A stretch of 64,000 nt of DNA from an uncultured Nitrospiraceae bacterium (GTDB taxonomy: Bacteria > Nitrospirota > Nitrospiria > Nitrospirales > Nitrospiraceae), in NCBI GenBank assembly GCA_963846575.1, contig CAWJWJ010000002.1:2829916-2893915 (forward strand), given 5' to 3'. Each line of letters opens with the position of its first letter. Within the stretch, counting starts at the first letter, position 1. The notes under the pieces were generated by a model that was given only the letters and a program-made list of their open reading frames with translations, had not been told where the DNA came from and did no database searches. Below, piece after piece: positions 40,203-51,056 of the stretch. A program made the position numbers and the translations under genes.

Positions 40203-40550
40203 CTACTCGCGAACCCGGCTCCAGCCTTTGTCGGCATGGATCGTTTTGTCGGGATTGATGAGCCTGGCCTTTTCCAGCAGCGATGCCCTGGATTCCGGAT
40301 AGCCAGGGTCCGGAATGCAGCAGTCATCCACTGGACAGACCGACGCACATTGCGGCTCGTCGAAATGGCCCACACATTCTGTACAGCGATCATGAGTTAT
40401 GACGTACACGCTGTCGCCGACTCCCTGGCCCTTGCCGACGTGATACCCGCCCGCTTCAGCGCTGCTACGCGTTTCAAAAATCGCTTCATTCGGACACTCC
40501 GGCAGACAGGCGCCGCAGGAGATGCAATCATCGGTGATACGCAAGGGCAT
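40203..40550 (-). CDS. YfhL-type 2[4Fe-4S] ferredoxin
   Basis: CISCGACLPECPNEAI and CTECVGHFDEPQCASVCP. Confidence 0.93.
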   Translation of the reverse strand: MPLRITDDCISCGACLPECPNEAIFETRSSAEAGGYHVGKGQGVGDSVYVITHDRCTECVGHFDEPQCASVCPVDDCCIPDPGYPESRASLLEKARLINPDKTIHADKGWSRVRE

Positions 40551-41151
40551 GGTGAACTCTCTTCCTCCTGAATGGGCGGAGGGTCGTCTCCGCCGCCTCA
40601 GGTCAAATGATGCCTGTTCCGTTCGTTCCTCTTGCCGTGAATCATCAGGACACCAGCCAATCTTCGACTCGAAGTCTCCCCTTCAGGCGTCAGCACCATC
40701 CCTTTCCCCCGGGCGACCTGTTCCTGCATGCCCCGGCACGTCCCTGGCGCGTCGCCCGGGCCACAACAAACAAGCGGAGCATTGCCGCTCCTGCTTGCGA
40801 AGGCAGCGTGAGACAAGCAGGGACCGCCGAAGGGATTCTCCGCGACTCTCTGAGGAATACCCTGGTTGGAATGGATCTTTGCTCGAAGGAAGACCATGGC
40901 CACCACCTCTCTAACAACAAGGTGGGTAGGAAGGGGAACTATTACTCTACGCCCTGCTCATAGATCGATCAAGCGCAGGGAAAGGGAGGGGAGGCGCGGG
41001 CCAATCAAGAGTGACCATGATGGCGAGTCGGATGGGATCCGGAACCCAGGCCCCTCGCCTGCTTACACGCTGCCGAGTACTGCAGCCGCGTGGCTGGGAT
41101 TTGACCGGATCACCGGTATCAGGCCGCCCCTCGTACGAGGCGAAGGATTTG

Positions 41152-41808
41152 CTACGTCTTTAGCGACGGACTGCCAGCGGCAAGATCTCTTTTGAGCCTG
41201 TCCAGCTTCTCCATCACGGCAACGAGGTCTCGTTTGTCGCCAAGGCTCATCAACTCCAGTTCCGCGAGTGCCTCTCCCAACGCCGCCTGAACATGGGCGT
41301 AATGCCGGCGCATCGACAAACTTAACTCCATCTGCTGGATCACGATTCGGGCCAAGGCCGGAAGAATACTTCGCTGCTGCTCTGTAAAGAACCGGGGATT
41401 CTTGTCAATGACGCAAAAGGTCCCGAGGTTGTATCCGTCTGTCGTATGCAAGGGCGCAGCGGCATAAAAGCGCAGCCCCAAGGCGCCGGTCACCAGCGGG
41501 TTCGCTAAGGTGCGAGGGTCCCGGGACGCATCGTCAACAACATACACCTCATCCCCTAAGATGGCAGAGGCACAGAGTCCTGGCGCCCGATCGACTTGCT
41601 GGGCATCCACGCCGGCCCGTGACTTGAACCAGATACGATCATGGTCCACCAAGCTGATGATCGCAATCGGCACATTAAAGATGTATGTCGCCAATTGCGT
41701 GAGCTCATCGAACGCACCATCGGGCGGGGTATCCAGAATCTCGTAACGATACAGGGCCCCTAATCGGTCACGTTCATTGGTCGGAAACGTGTTGCTGGTC
41801 TGTGACAT
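41152..41808 (-). CDS. Stand-alone GAF-domain protein
   Basis: ERDRL.AL..YEILDT, ISLVD.DRIWFKS, LRFYAAAPL and LGTFCVID. Confidence 0.88.
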   Translation of the reverse strand: MSQTSNTFPTNERDRLGALYRYEILDTPPDGAFDELTQLATYIFNVPIAIISLVDHDRIWFKSRAGVDAQQVDRAPGLCASAILGDEVYVVDDASRDPRTLANPLVTGALGLRFYAAAPLHTTDGYNLGTFCVIDKNPRFFTEQQRSILPALARIVIQQMELSLSMRRHYAHVQAALGEALAELELMSLGDKRDLVAVMEKLDRLKRDLAAGSPSLKT

Positions 41809-41829
41809 CGCACTCTCCTCCCTGTCGCG

Positions 41830-44625
41830 TTACTCGCGCACGCCCTTCATGGCCTGCTGGATGACAGTATATAACTGGTCTACCGCGGCTTCTTTTGTCA
41901 ATAATTGGTAACACCCCGCTTGGATCATGGCTTCGCGGGACTCGCCCTCGGCATTGACCGACAGTCCAATGATAATGGTCTTTGGGAAACGCTGAGAAAT
42001 GCGCCTGGTGGCCTCCACGCCGTTCATGCCCGGCATGTTAATGTCCATGAGCACGACATCAGGACGATGTTTCTCAACGGTATCAAGAGCCTCTTCACCA
42101 TTGGACGCTTCGCCGATGACTTGTAACACCGGATAGCCCTCCAACAAACTCCGTAAGCCTTGTCGTACCATTGCGTGGTCATCCACGAGCAAGACTGTAA
42201 TGACATCGGGAGATTCCGGCATCGCCACATTGAGCGTCAGCTTACCCGGGAGAAGCGGGGGGTTCCGTTGAGACTCTCCCTGCATCGGTATGGCCATACG
42301 TGCTCTGGTTCCCGATCCCGGAGCGGATTCAATCTCGAGGGAACCGCCGAGTGCCCGCATCCGTTCCCGGATACTAAACAGTCCGAACTTCGACGACAAT
42401 TCAGCCGGCGTTTCGAATGCCGCCTGCTGAAATCCCTTTCCGGAGTCCTGCACCACAATTTCCAACAGGCCGTCGTGTTCCCGGAGCACGACGGCGGCCT
42501 CCCCTGAACCGGAATGTTTCCAGCTATTTATAAGCAGCTCCCGCACGGATTGAAGCAACAACAAGGCTTGTTCATGGGGTACATGGCCCCTCAGCGTCCC
42601 TGGCGCAGACACGGTCACACATAAGTCGTACTTCTTCTTCATATACTCGCGCAACCACTTCACCGCCGCCGGCAGACCGTGATCGTGAAGAACTGACGGG
42701 CTCAGTTCAGAGACAAGCGTCCGTGTATAGTTGAGCGCGTCGGTGAGCACGTGGTTCACCTGTTGCATCACTTCCAGGTTCGACGCGACGGCCTGCGACG
42801 TGCGGACGCCCTGACTCAGCTTCAATTTGGCCAACACCAGAAGTTGCTGCAAGTGGTCGTGAAGCTCATCTGCGAGCCGCTTTCGCTCGCGTTGCTCGGC
42901 TAGATTCAGCTCAGTCGCCATGGCGCGCAGCCACTCCTGTGACTTGACTAACTCGGCCGTTCGTTCGTTGACTCGCACTTCTAATTCTTGAGCGAAGAGT
43001 TGCAGGCTTTCGGCATGGGCCTTCAGGTCAGTGATGTCATAATTAATGCCGACGAGGCGCTGGGGATGGCCATGAGAGTCCGTGAGCACCAGCCCTTTAC
43101 TGGCTAACCACCGTACCTCTCCGTTCTCGCCCACAATACGGAAATGATGCTCCAACTCTCCCCTGCTCTCGATGGCACGACGAACGGCCTTTTTCACAGG
43201 GAGCCGGTCTTCCTCATGAACACGCGCGTAAAACCCTGCTGCTGAGGGACTGATCGTGAGCGGATACCTCAGTAACGCATATTCCTTCTCGTCCCAGGTC
43301 GTTTCGTCGGTCAACAAATCCACATCCCACGTGCCCATTTGGCCGCCCGATAACGCCAAACGGAGCCGTCTTTCCCTCTCTCGCAGCGCTTCTTCTGCTC
43401 GTTTGCGATCGGTGATGTTCACCAGCTCGATGACCGCTCCGGATGCGACCCCATCGTGATCCACGATCGGACTCGCCGTGAGGGCCACTTCATAAATCTG
43501 GCCATCGTTCCGAATCAACACATTCTCGTGTTGCAGCTTGGTGTCGGCAGCAATCAGGTGCTCCAACGAGCAGGGGACCGAGGGGCATGATCCTCCGGTA
43601 CTGCCGCGAACATGCAGAATGTTGTGAAAGCTGGAGCCCTGGACCTGTTGCCGCGTGAACCCCGTCATCTTTTCAGCCGCGGGATTCATGAAACGGCAAT
43701 CCTGGTTGGCGTCGATAATAAACAGCGCGACGGTGGCGTTATCCGTGACTGTCTGGAGCAGTCGTTGATGAGCCCCGAGCGCCTCTTCCGCGACCCGTTG
43801 TTGGGTGACATCTTCAAACGTGACAACCCCGGCAATGATCGCACCATTGGGGTCTCGGATCGGAGTGGAACTCGCCTCAAGAAAGACCGTGCGCCCGTCA
43901 GGCCGCTCATAGCGGATCTGCTCCCGCGTGACTATTTCGCCCTGCTGGATACTTCTCGCCAATGGCCATTGCGCAGCCGAATAGAGGCGTCCCTCACGAG
44001 TGTAACTTCTATGGCTGGCATACTGCTCGATCCCCTCGGAGGCAATGAAGTGATGTCCGGTAATCTGTTCCACTTGATCGTTGACGAGCACGAGGCGTCC
44101 GCTCGGTGCCTCCGCAAAGATGACGCCCTGGGGTAACTGCTCAAGAACGGCCTGTAATCGTCCCTGCTCCAAGAGCGCCAGTTCGTCACTCTGTTTGCGC
44201 CGCGTGATGTCTAGAGAAATGCCGGCTAAACGAACGGCTTGTTTTTCTTCTACCGTGACGCTGCCTTTGGCGTGAATCCATCGAAGCTGCCCGCTTGGCA
44301 GCGTGATGCGATACTCGAATTCGTATTCCCGGGTGGTCGCGCTTTTCAAGCATGACTGAACCGCATCATTCACATACACCCGATCGTCCGAATGGACGGT
44401 CCCAAGAAATCGCTTATACGACAAGGGCTCGTATTCAGGGATACCGAACAGACGCCGGCAAGCAGCTGACCAATAGATCTCTTCGCGTTGAACATCCCAA
44501 TTCCAGTAGGCAATGTCGGCGCGATCGAGCTGCTCCACGAGCACGCTCACCGCTATGCGCGTTTCTTCGCTCATTCTTGCGATCGGTGGCGGTAGAAAGG
44601 AACCATGCGGCAGGCTACCATCCAT
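41830..44625 (-). CDS. Hybrid multi-PAS HisKA_3 kinase with a C-terminal receiver domain
   Basis: About four PAS/PAC repeats; ERKRLADELHD, DSGKGF, FGLFSIRER; VLLVDDH..DINMP. Confidence 0.92.
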   Translation of the reverse strand: MDGSLPHGSFLPPPIARMSEETRIAVSVLVEQLDRADIAYWNWDVQREEIYWSAACRRLFGIPEYEPLSYKRFLGTVHSDDRVYVNDAVQSCLKSATTREYEFEYRITLPSGQLRWIHAKGSVTVEEKQAVRLAGISLDITRRKQSDELALLEQGRLQAVLEQLPQGVIFAEAPSGRLVLVNDQVEQITGHHFIASEGIEQYASHRSYTREGRLYSAAQWPLARSIQQGEIVTREQIRYERPDGRTVFLEASSTPIRDPNGAIIAGVVTFEDVTQQRVAEEALGAHQRLLQTVTDNATVALFIIDANQDCRFMNPAAEKMTGFTRQQVQGSSFHNILHVRGSTGGSCPSVPCSLEHLIAADTKLQHENVLIRNDGQIYEVALTASPIVDHDGVASGAVIELVNITDRKRAEEALRERERRLRLALSGGQMGTWDVDLLTDETTWDEKEYALLRYPLTISPSAAGFYARVHEEDRLPVKKAVRRAIESRGELEHHFRIVGENGEVRWLASKGLVLTDSHGHPQRLVGINYDITDLKAHAESLQLFAQELEVRVNERTAELVKSQEWLRAMATELNLAEQRERKRLADELHDHLQQLLVLAKLKLSQGVRTSQAVASNLEVMQQVNHVLTDALNYTRTLVSELSPSVLHDHGLPAAVKWLREYMKKKYDLCVTVSAPGTLRGHVPHEQALLLLQSVRELLINSWKHSGSGEAAVVLREHDGLLEIVVQDSGKGFQQAAFETPAELSSKFGLFSIRERMRALGGSLEIESAPGSGTRARMAIPMQGESQRNPPLLPGKLTLNVAMPESPDVITVLLVDDHAMVRQGLRSLLEGYPVLQVIGEASNGEEALDTVEKHRPDVVLMDINMPGMNGVEATRRISQRFPKTIIIGLSVNAEGESREAMIQAGCYQLLTKEAAVDQLYTVIQQAMKGVRE

Positions 44626-44794
44626 TTCCCGTGTAGGTAAAGATGGGGAACCCCTGGTTGGACGCAGTCGGGCTGCAGAACGGTTCCCGTTGATTAAAAC
44701 TGCTCTTTCTCACCGGGCGCTCCTTATTCCAGTGAAAGTTCTCGGGCTTTGGAGGCCCGGGGGGCATGGAAGGATACCGGAGTCACCCTACCGG

Positions 44795-44990
44795 CGGGTC
44801 GGGATTCACGATTTGCACGTTCATGACCTCCGGCATACCTTCGCCACCGGGTTGCAGCATATCGGAGTCGACTACCAAGTCCGCAGGCGCTCCTTGGCCA
44901 TCGCATGGCATGACGGCCAACTCTTCCCATGGGGCCCGGAGAGCGGATCGAAAGCTGAGATCAGTCGCGGATAGATTTAGGAAACGTCTA
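44795..44990 (+). pseudogene. Tyrosine recombinase C-terminal remnant 1
   Basis: GIHDLHVHDLRHTFAT (HxxR), then a frameshifted GH...MTANSSH segment. Confidence 0.75.
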
Positions 44991-45572
44991 CCCGCTTGCA
45001 CTAAGGTTCCCCCGTTTATTTTATGCATCGCGCAGTGAGTGATGCTCCAACGACTCTATTGCTTCTATTGTGTGTCGAGGTTCTTGCGGGAGTCAGCACA
45101 CATCGAGCACAAGTAACTTTGATACCAGATAATCTGGTCCCTCACGAATTGTTGAAAGTGCTTTAACGCCGCCTCTCTCTCTGTCCTTCCCTCGTGGCAT
45201 GGGGATCCTTGCTTCTTCCAATCAGCCATCCCATCGTATATTTACAAGTTGTGGCAAGTGCATTAGGGGAAATTAGAAGCCACTGGAAAAGATAGAGGAA
45301 GATATTCCCATGCATCCTTAGGATTACTTAAGCAAGGTGAAGCGATAGCCCGGCGGAGCCGAGAACTCAGGTATCGGGAATTTGGGGGGCTGGCTACAGT
45401 GAGCGGCGCAAACGTATATAATGACCCTCAGAAAGGCATCCTGTGCAAACCTATGCGCGAGGGTTGACAAATGTGCCCCCCTCTACTTCACGGCAGATAG
45501 CAAGACTCACTCCCACTCGCTCCTCGACGACAAGACGAATAACCGTCGGAACAACCGAAAGGTCCCTGTAGG

Positions 45573-46899
45573 ATGAGCGCACAATTACGGGTTGGGTGGC
45601 GAGCGGTGCAGGAAAGTTTTTGGTTTGTTCCGTCGCTCATTATCGCCGCCAGCATCGCTCTCGCCCTCGCCTTGATTGAAGTGGATTCCACCGGGGACAA
45701 TCAATGGCTGGAGAACTGGCCCCGCCTCTTCGGCGCCAGTGCGGCAGGCGCACGGGTGATGTTGTCCACGATCGCCGCCTCGATGATGACCGTGGTGGGG
45801 ACCACGTTTTCGATGACCTTGGTGACATTGGCGCTCGCGTCGAGCCAATACACCTCCCGTGTCCTACGCAACTTCATGCGTGATCGCGTCACCCAGGTCG
45901 TGCTTGGCGTCTTCACCGGCATTTTCGTCTATTGCCTGATCGTACTGCGAACCATACGTGGAGGCGAGGAGAGCGGGTTCATTCCGAGTCTGGCGGTCAC
46001 GTGCGGCGTCGTCCTGGCGATCGCCGGCATCAGCGTCCTCATTTTCTTTATTCATCACATCGCCTCGTCGATCCAGGCCTCGAGCATTATTGCGTCAGTG
46101 GCCGCCGAAACAATGCTGGCTATTGACCGGATCTTTCCCGAACCAATCGGACACGAACACGATGACAGCGCGACCAATCAGTCTGCACTCCTCCGTGCCA
46201 ACGCAAAGCTGGAAGGCCGTCCGCGCCAATGGGAATGGCTATGTCCAAAACGTGAATGTTGCGGCGATTCTGGATTTGGCGAGAGCGCAGCAGACCATCG
46301 TGCGGATGGAGCGTGGCATCGGCGAGTTTGTGGTGCATGACACCGTGCTGGCCTCGCTTGCGCTCGCGCATCCGCCAGAACAAGATATGATCGTCGCCCT
46401 GCAGCAAGCCTACAGCCTCAGCCGACACCGCACATTGGAACAGGATGTCACGTTCGGTATCAGACAGATCGTGGATATCGCCTTGCGAGCGCTCTCACCG
46501 GGTGTCAATGACACTACGACGGCGGTGATGTGCGTGGATTATCTCACAGCGATTCTAGCGCACCTAGCCTCACGAGACATCCCTTCGTTGTACCGCTACG
46601 AGGGAGAGGATCTGAGGGTGCTCGCTGTCGGACCGACCTTTGTGAGTCTAGTGGCCGAATCGTTCGACCAAATTCGAGGCAGCGGTGTCGGCAATGTCGC
46701 CATTCTGTTGCGCATGCTAGACGCACTTGAAACCATCGGCAGTCGGACGACCAGCCCGATTCGGCGACGCGTACTCTCTGAACACCTCCAGTGGATCACC
46801 GAAGTGGCCCAACGCACCGTGGAGTCCCCGCATGACCGGACACGGTTTGAGAGCCGGCTGGCCCGAGTGCAGGGCGCGCTGCAGTCCGATCCGTCATAG
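45573..46899 (+). CDS. DUF2254-family membrane protein, frameshifted at ~46185
   Basis: SFWFVP, LASSQYTSR.LRNF, FIHHIA, then QDVTFGIRQIVDIALRALSPGVNDTTTA in the next frame. Confidence 0.85.
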
Positions 46900-47027
46900 G
46901 CCTTTGCAACAACTGGAATGGGCTTTGAGCGTTCATAGCCCAACGCTCGAACCCTGTTGATGTCCTCTAATACTGCCTTGAAGCTGGATGCAGCGTCGTG
47001 AATATTTTCTCTATATGACGTTCGGCA

Positions 47028-47336
47028 ATGGCACTATTAGACTATATCCGGGATGGGGTGAGCGCTATCGAAGAGACGGGAACTGCGTTCAGCGATCAAC
47101 TTCTCGAAAGCTATCGTTCCCTCGCAAGTGCACAAGGGCTCACGCGGGGGGTGACCCACCCGCAGAAGCAGGGCCGGCGGATCGCGGCCAAGATCCTTTC
47201 TAGCGTCGGCCAAGAAAGGCCCTTGTTGGTTGTCATCGAAGCAGACTGGGCTGTGTTACAGGAGGAGGTCTTACAAAGCCCACGCGCAGCGGCGCTTCCC
47301 CAGCTCCTGGTACGTCGGAGCCGCTTTCCCAGATAG
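47028..47336 (+). CDS. Hypothetical protein, possibly truncated or frameshifted
   Basis: Plausible globular composition only. Confidence 0.35.
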   Translation: MALLDYIRDGVSAIEETGTAFSDQLLESYRSLASAQGLTRGVTHPQKQGRRIAAKILSSVGQERPLLVVIEADWAVLQEEVLQSPRAAALPQLLVRRSRFPR

Positions 47337-47472
47337 CCGACCTGTACGAAGCCGGAGTTGGTCGCCGCCTTTCATGCCAATGAACTCTACGTCCTCTTGC
47401 CATCTTGTACCCACTGCCTGACCCAGGGGGTACGATGCGCATCGAGGGTCGATACTCCGTACACAGGGCCGC

Positions 47473-47676
47473 GTGGACTACGAAGCTCGGCAGACGCTCC
47501 TTGGCCATCGCATCCCGGGCATGACGGCGAACTATTCCCATGGGGGCCCGGAGTGGGATCGAAAACTGAGATTAGCCGTGGAAGGACTCGAAGAAGCCTA
47601 TCCGTTGTTCTATGGATTGGCCTATGAGACTCAGGCTGCAGCGGGGGGAACTGCAGAAGCTATTAATGAATGGTGA
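47473..47676 (+). pseudogene. Tyrosine recombinase C-terminal remnant 2
   Basis: LLGHRIPGMTANYSH (catalytic H and Y); aligns at DNA level to remnant 1; the stop overlaps the tRNA fragment. Confidence 0.75.
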
Positions 47677-47715
47677 GTCGGCTGGGATTCGAACCCAGGA
47701 CCCTCGCCTTAAAAG
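47671..47715 (-). mobile_element. att site: 3' half of tRNA-Lys(UUU)
   Basis: The minus strand reads CTTTTAA-GGCGA-GGGTC-CTGGGTTCGAATCCCAG-CCGACTC-ACCA; the 5' half is absent. Confidence 0.85.
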
Positions 47716-47846
47716 TTCGGCAAGTGGCATTTTACTAGCGGCTTGATTTTGCGAAGGTTTTCCAGTTTTTTATCTTTTGAATTAGCTAGTTATGACGTGT
47801 CTGTCTGTTCCAATACTTCCATCCTTTGTCATCATTTCGGCAGAGT

Positions 47847-47865
47847 TTTAGCACAAATTTAGCAC
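47847..47865. repeat. TTTAGCAC tandem direct repeat (candidate integrase arm-type sites)
   Basis: Copies at 47847-47854 and 47858-47865, about 130 nt from the att core. Confidence 0.45.
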
Positions 47866-48141
47866 GAGGCTTTGGGGTGAACCCCCGGGTGAGACAGTGT
47901 GGTCCTAGCACACTTGGTTAGGGTTAATCCTTGGCTTGAGGCAAGTTTTAGATCAACCACACTTGGTTTCAATAAAATGTTACTCCTCACACCCTTGAGC
48001 TGCTTTCAGGATGTTCTTCCTGTGGACGCCGCTTGAGCAAAGGCTCAAGGCCTGAAAAGCGAATGGGCCTAATACTATGGTTCGAACCAACCACAGGGCA
48101 AACCGTAGGGTGAGGTACTGGCAGACTAGAGACAGCCCGAC

Positions 48142-49140
48142 CTAGCGCAAAAGGCTTTTCAGATTGGTCGCTTTTCGGAAAAGGCCTGTGAGAAATCTTT
48201 CTGGATACCAGGTGGCAAGCAGGAGCAGGCCGCGTAGCCCTTCCCTAAACCTTCGATTGGAAAGATCCTCTTCAACCTTGCTGACTAACGGTTCGCCATA
48301 ATAGAGCTTCCAATTGATTCTGCCTCGGTTCAATGCCGAAGTGAGATTCGGATTACTCTTAATGAAGGGTCGTTGTTTGTTGAGAGCCGAGAGGCAGGCT
48401 TTGAGCATAATGCCCGGATCGTTGCTCATATTGGCAGCATGACGACGATACTCAATCACCGGATGTCGATGGCATGCGAGAGGGAACAATCGTGCGATCC
48501 GGAGATAGAGATCATAGTCGCCGGCCGGCCCGTTAACGAGATCGAACCCGCCGACTGCCGAGATCGCCCATCGACGATAGAGGGCCACCCCTGGATTCCC
48601 GATGACGTTCTCTTGCAGTAGTTCCTTATAGCCGTAGGTAAGAGAGGTCAAGGGGAAGGAGGGATTACGACGGTTGCCCTCGGCATCAATCATGAAGAAG
48701 GTCCCGAACGTCAATGCACAAGAGGGGTGCTCGCTAAGACTGCGTGTGCCTATTTCGATCGCATCCGCAAGAAGGCGGTCATCGGCATCCAGAAATACTA
48801 CATATTCACCCCGACTCATTCCGAAGCCAGTGTTTCTCGCATCGGAAACCCCTGCATTGCTTTGGGTCACATAACGGACTGCCGGATGTGAAATAGCGAC
48901 CTCTCTCGTGCGATCCGTCGAGCCGTCATCGACAACGACAATCTCAATATCAGAATAGGTTTGGCGAAGGATGCTGGATATCGCATCCGGTAGAAAGTGT
49001 GCCTGCTGGTAGCAGGGAATAATGATGGATACCAATCCGGATATGCCTGCTATGGATTCGCCAGAGTCCAAGTCGTGCGAAACATGATCCGCGCTTTTGG
49101 ACATGGCGCGATTCAATTGGGGATGCCCATGGTCCCTCAT
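48142..49140 (-). CDS. Glycosyltransferase family 2
   Basis: VSIIIPCY, VDDGSTD, ARNTG and FLDADD. Confidence 0.93.
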   Translation of the reverse strand: MRDHGHPQLNRAMSKSADHVSHDLDSGESIAGISGLVSIIIPCYQQAHFLPDAISSILRQTYSDIEIVVVDDGSTDRTREVAISHPAVRYVTQSNAGVSDARNTGFGMSRGEYVVFLDADDRLLADAIEIGTRSLSEHPSCALTFGTFFMIDAEGNRRNPSFPLTSLTYGYKELLQENVIGNPGVALYRRWAISAVGGFDLVNGPAGDYDLYLRIARLFPLACHRHPVIEYRRHAANMSNDPGIMLKACLSALNKQRPFIKSNPNLTSALNRGRINWKLYYGEPLVSKVEEDLSNRRFREGLRGLLLLATWYPERFLTGLFRKATNLKSLLR

Positions 49141-51056
49141 GGCCTGTTGTTCTTGGAACGAAAGAGACCTTGATGAGTCATATACTGAGCAAAGGCAAGG
49201 GCAATTTCAGAAGACGGCTCCCAACCTCTGCTTCCGGGCTGAGGAGGTGATGCGCTCCACGCCTTACCGGGTACGAAGACCTCAGAAAGATCGTAGTGTT
49301 CAATCTGTAATTCCGTGAGCATTGTCAGCAGAGCTTCCCGCCGGGCCATCTCTGACCGGCTCCACTCTTGCCTGGAACTTAGTGCCGGAAGGACTGCGAC
49401 ACTTAATCGAATATGATCGCGTGTGAGTCTATCCCTGAAAATCTTGAAGCTTTCGTGATATTCCTCCCATAGGCGATTTTGACTCTCTCGATGTGAGATC
49501 GTCAGACCTCTCAAATATCGATAAAGATAGAAATTCTCGAACCGTCCAGGGTCAAGGTCTTTCCGTGGGACGGCAGGACGGTACACCTCCAGTTCCGCGG
49601 TTTGATTTCTAAAGGCAAAGGGAATGCTCCCCACGTCATCCGGTTCGATGGTCAGGATAACATGATCGGGGGCGATGTGAGTGTTGGTTATCTGATAGAA
49701 CGCTATTTGCTGCAGCGTGTTGAATGTTGGCACTCCTGCATTCCAATATTCGAGCATGTCCTCCCCATGGAGGCTTTTTAGAGCATGAAGCAATGTTCCC
49801 TCATATGTCACTGTGTTGCCGACGAACAGGAGCCGTATATGGCTTGGGTCTTTGATTACGGTATAGGTATTATGCAGTGTCCCATACTCAGAATACCTCC
49901 CGGTTCGCAGCCACGGTCGTAGGCCTAACCTGGCATCAGTCGTAAACAGTTGCGCCGCACTGTAGGCCGCGTTCCGAAACCAGTCGGCTTCCGCTGCGGT
50001 CCCGAATCCTTCGCGAGGATAAAAGTTGCGAAGCGCCTGTTCTGCACCCATCAGTCCGAGGCACACCCCGGTGAGGGTCAAGATGCTGTCGATCACCCAG
50101 CCTGGATCCTGTCGACGGGGTTGGAATGGATTCGCGTGTCGATTCCTCACCAGTCGCCGACGAAAGGTTACTAGAAACCCTATCAATAGAAGGGGCCCCG
50201 CCATAGCACCGAGAATCGTGAGTGACGGCCCCCATCCTTTGTCTTCGTCACGATACAGGTATCCGGTCGGCAAGACGATCGCATTGCTTTTCACGCGAAT
50301 TGACGTACCATCTCGCACGACTTCACGAAACCCTTCCCTGCCCCCGCCCTCCCAAATATTAACGGTGGCACCTGTCGCGGACTGGGAGATTCGAAATCCA
50401 TAGTCGATCGCTGACCCGCGAGGCGCTTTCAGCGATACGACGAAATCCTGTTCGCTCTTTCTCATGGGAGTCACCATGACATTATTGGCCATCTTCGTAT
50501 TCGGTGGACGCAACGACTCTGGAACCGGAGACCATCCATTCACCCCCCATACCATCGACACCTCCTTAGCATCGGGCATGTAGTAATGAAATTCCTGTGT
50601 CACCAGGGACAAAGAGAGCTTTGAGCCTATTTCCGTTACTCCAGAACGCGTCGCTACCTCATCGTAATTTCCCTCGCAAAGAGGCCACGTGATATCAAAT
50701 GCATCGCGCTTTTTAGTGAGCAGGAAGCAATAGTTCAGCGCAGTGCCGCTTGGAACCAGCAGCTTTGTCGTAAAAACGTCTCCTTGTGAGGTCATCGGAG
50801 AGTTCATGAGGCCGTTTTTTCCTATCACTGTCCCTAAAGGTCGAGCAGCCTCAGGAAGGGTGTGCCAACCATTCACTCCCCACACAAGCCATACTTCGCC
50901 TGCTTCGGGCATGTGATAACGAATTTCCCTGGTCAACGTTCGTGACGGGCTAACCGGCACAGCAGTCGCGGTCTCGGCACCGGCCTGTGTCCCTCCAAAT
51001 GGCGTCATAATCGTACACCAACAGGCCATGCCCGCCACGCGAATGGCCGCTCTCAC
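49137..51056 (-). CDS. Membrane protein with two CBM-like repeats and a degenerate SGNH-like domain
   Basis: Two copies of EVxxVWGxNGW; two TM helices; LLFVGNTVT and YWNAGV resemble SGNH blocks I and II. Confidence 0.7.
   Translation of the reverse strand: MRAAIRVAGMACWCTIMTPFGGTQAGAETATAVPVSPSRTLTREIRYHMPEAGEVWLVWGVNGWHTLPEAARPLGTVIGKNGLMNSPMTSQGDVFTTKLLVPSGTALNYCFLLTKKRDAFDITWPLCEGNYDEVATRSGVTEIGSKLSLSLVTQEFHYYMPDAKEVSMVWGVNGWSPVPESLRPPNTKMANNVMVTPMRKSEQDFVVSLKAPRGSAIDYGFRISQSATGATVNIWEGGGREGFREVVRDGTSIRVKSNAIVLPTGYLYRDEDKGWGPSLTILGAMAGPLLLIGFLVTFRRRLVRNRHANPFQPRRQDPGWVIDSILTLTGVCLGLMGAEQALRNFYPREGFGTAAEADWFRNAAYSAAQLFTTDARLGLRPWLRTGRYSEYGTLHNTYTVIKDPSHIRLLFVGNTVTYEGTLLHALKSLHGEDMLEYWNAGVPTFNTLQQIAFYQITNTHIAPDHVILTIEPDDVGSIPFAFRNQTAELEVYRPAVPRKDLDPGRFENFYLYRYLRGLTISHRESQNRLWEEYHESFKIFRDRLTRDHIRLSVAVLPALSSRQEWSRSEMARREALLTMLTELQIEHYDLSEVFVPGKAWSASPPQPGSRGWEPSSEIALAFAQYMTHQGLFRSKNNRP

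Noticed and set aside
40600..40920. Riboswitch or ncRNA upstream of the ferredoxin (hairpins CCTGCTTG..CAAGCAGG, AGCGG..CCGCT)
   Set aside because: No recognisable family consensus and short stems are expected at this GC content; an Infernal/Rfam scan would be needed.
47671..47750. Functional tRNA-Lys gene
   Set aside because: The 5' anticodon stem, D-arm and 5' acceptor strand are missing.
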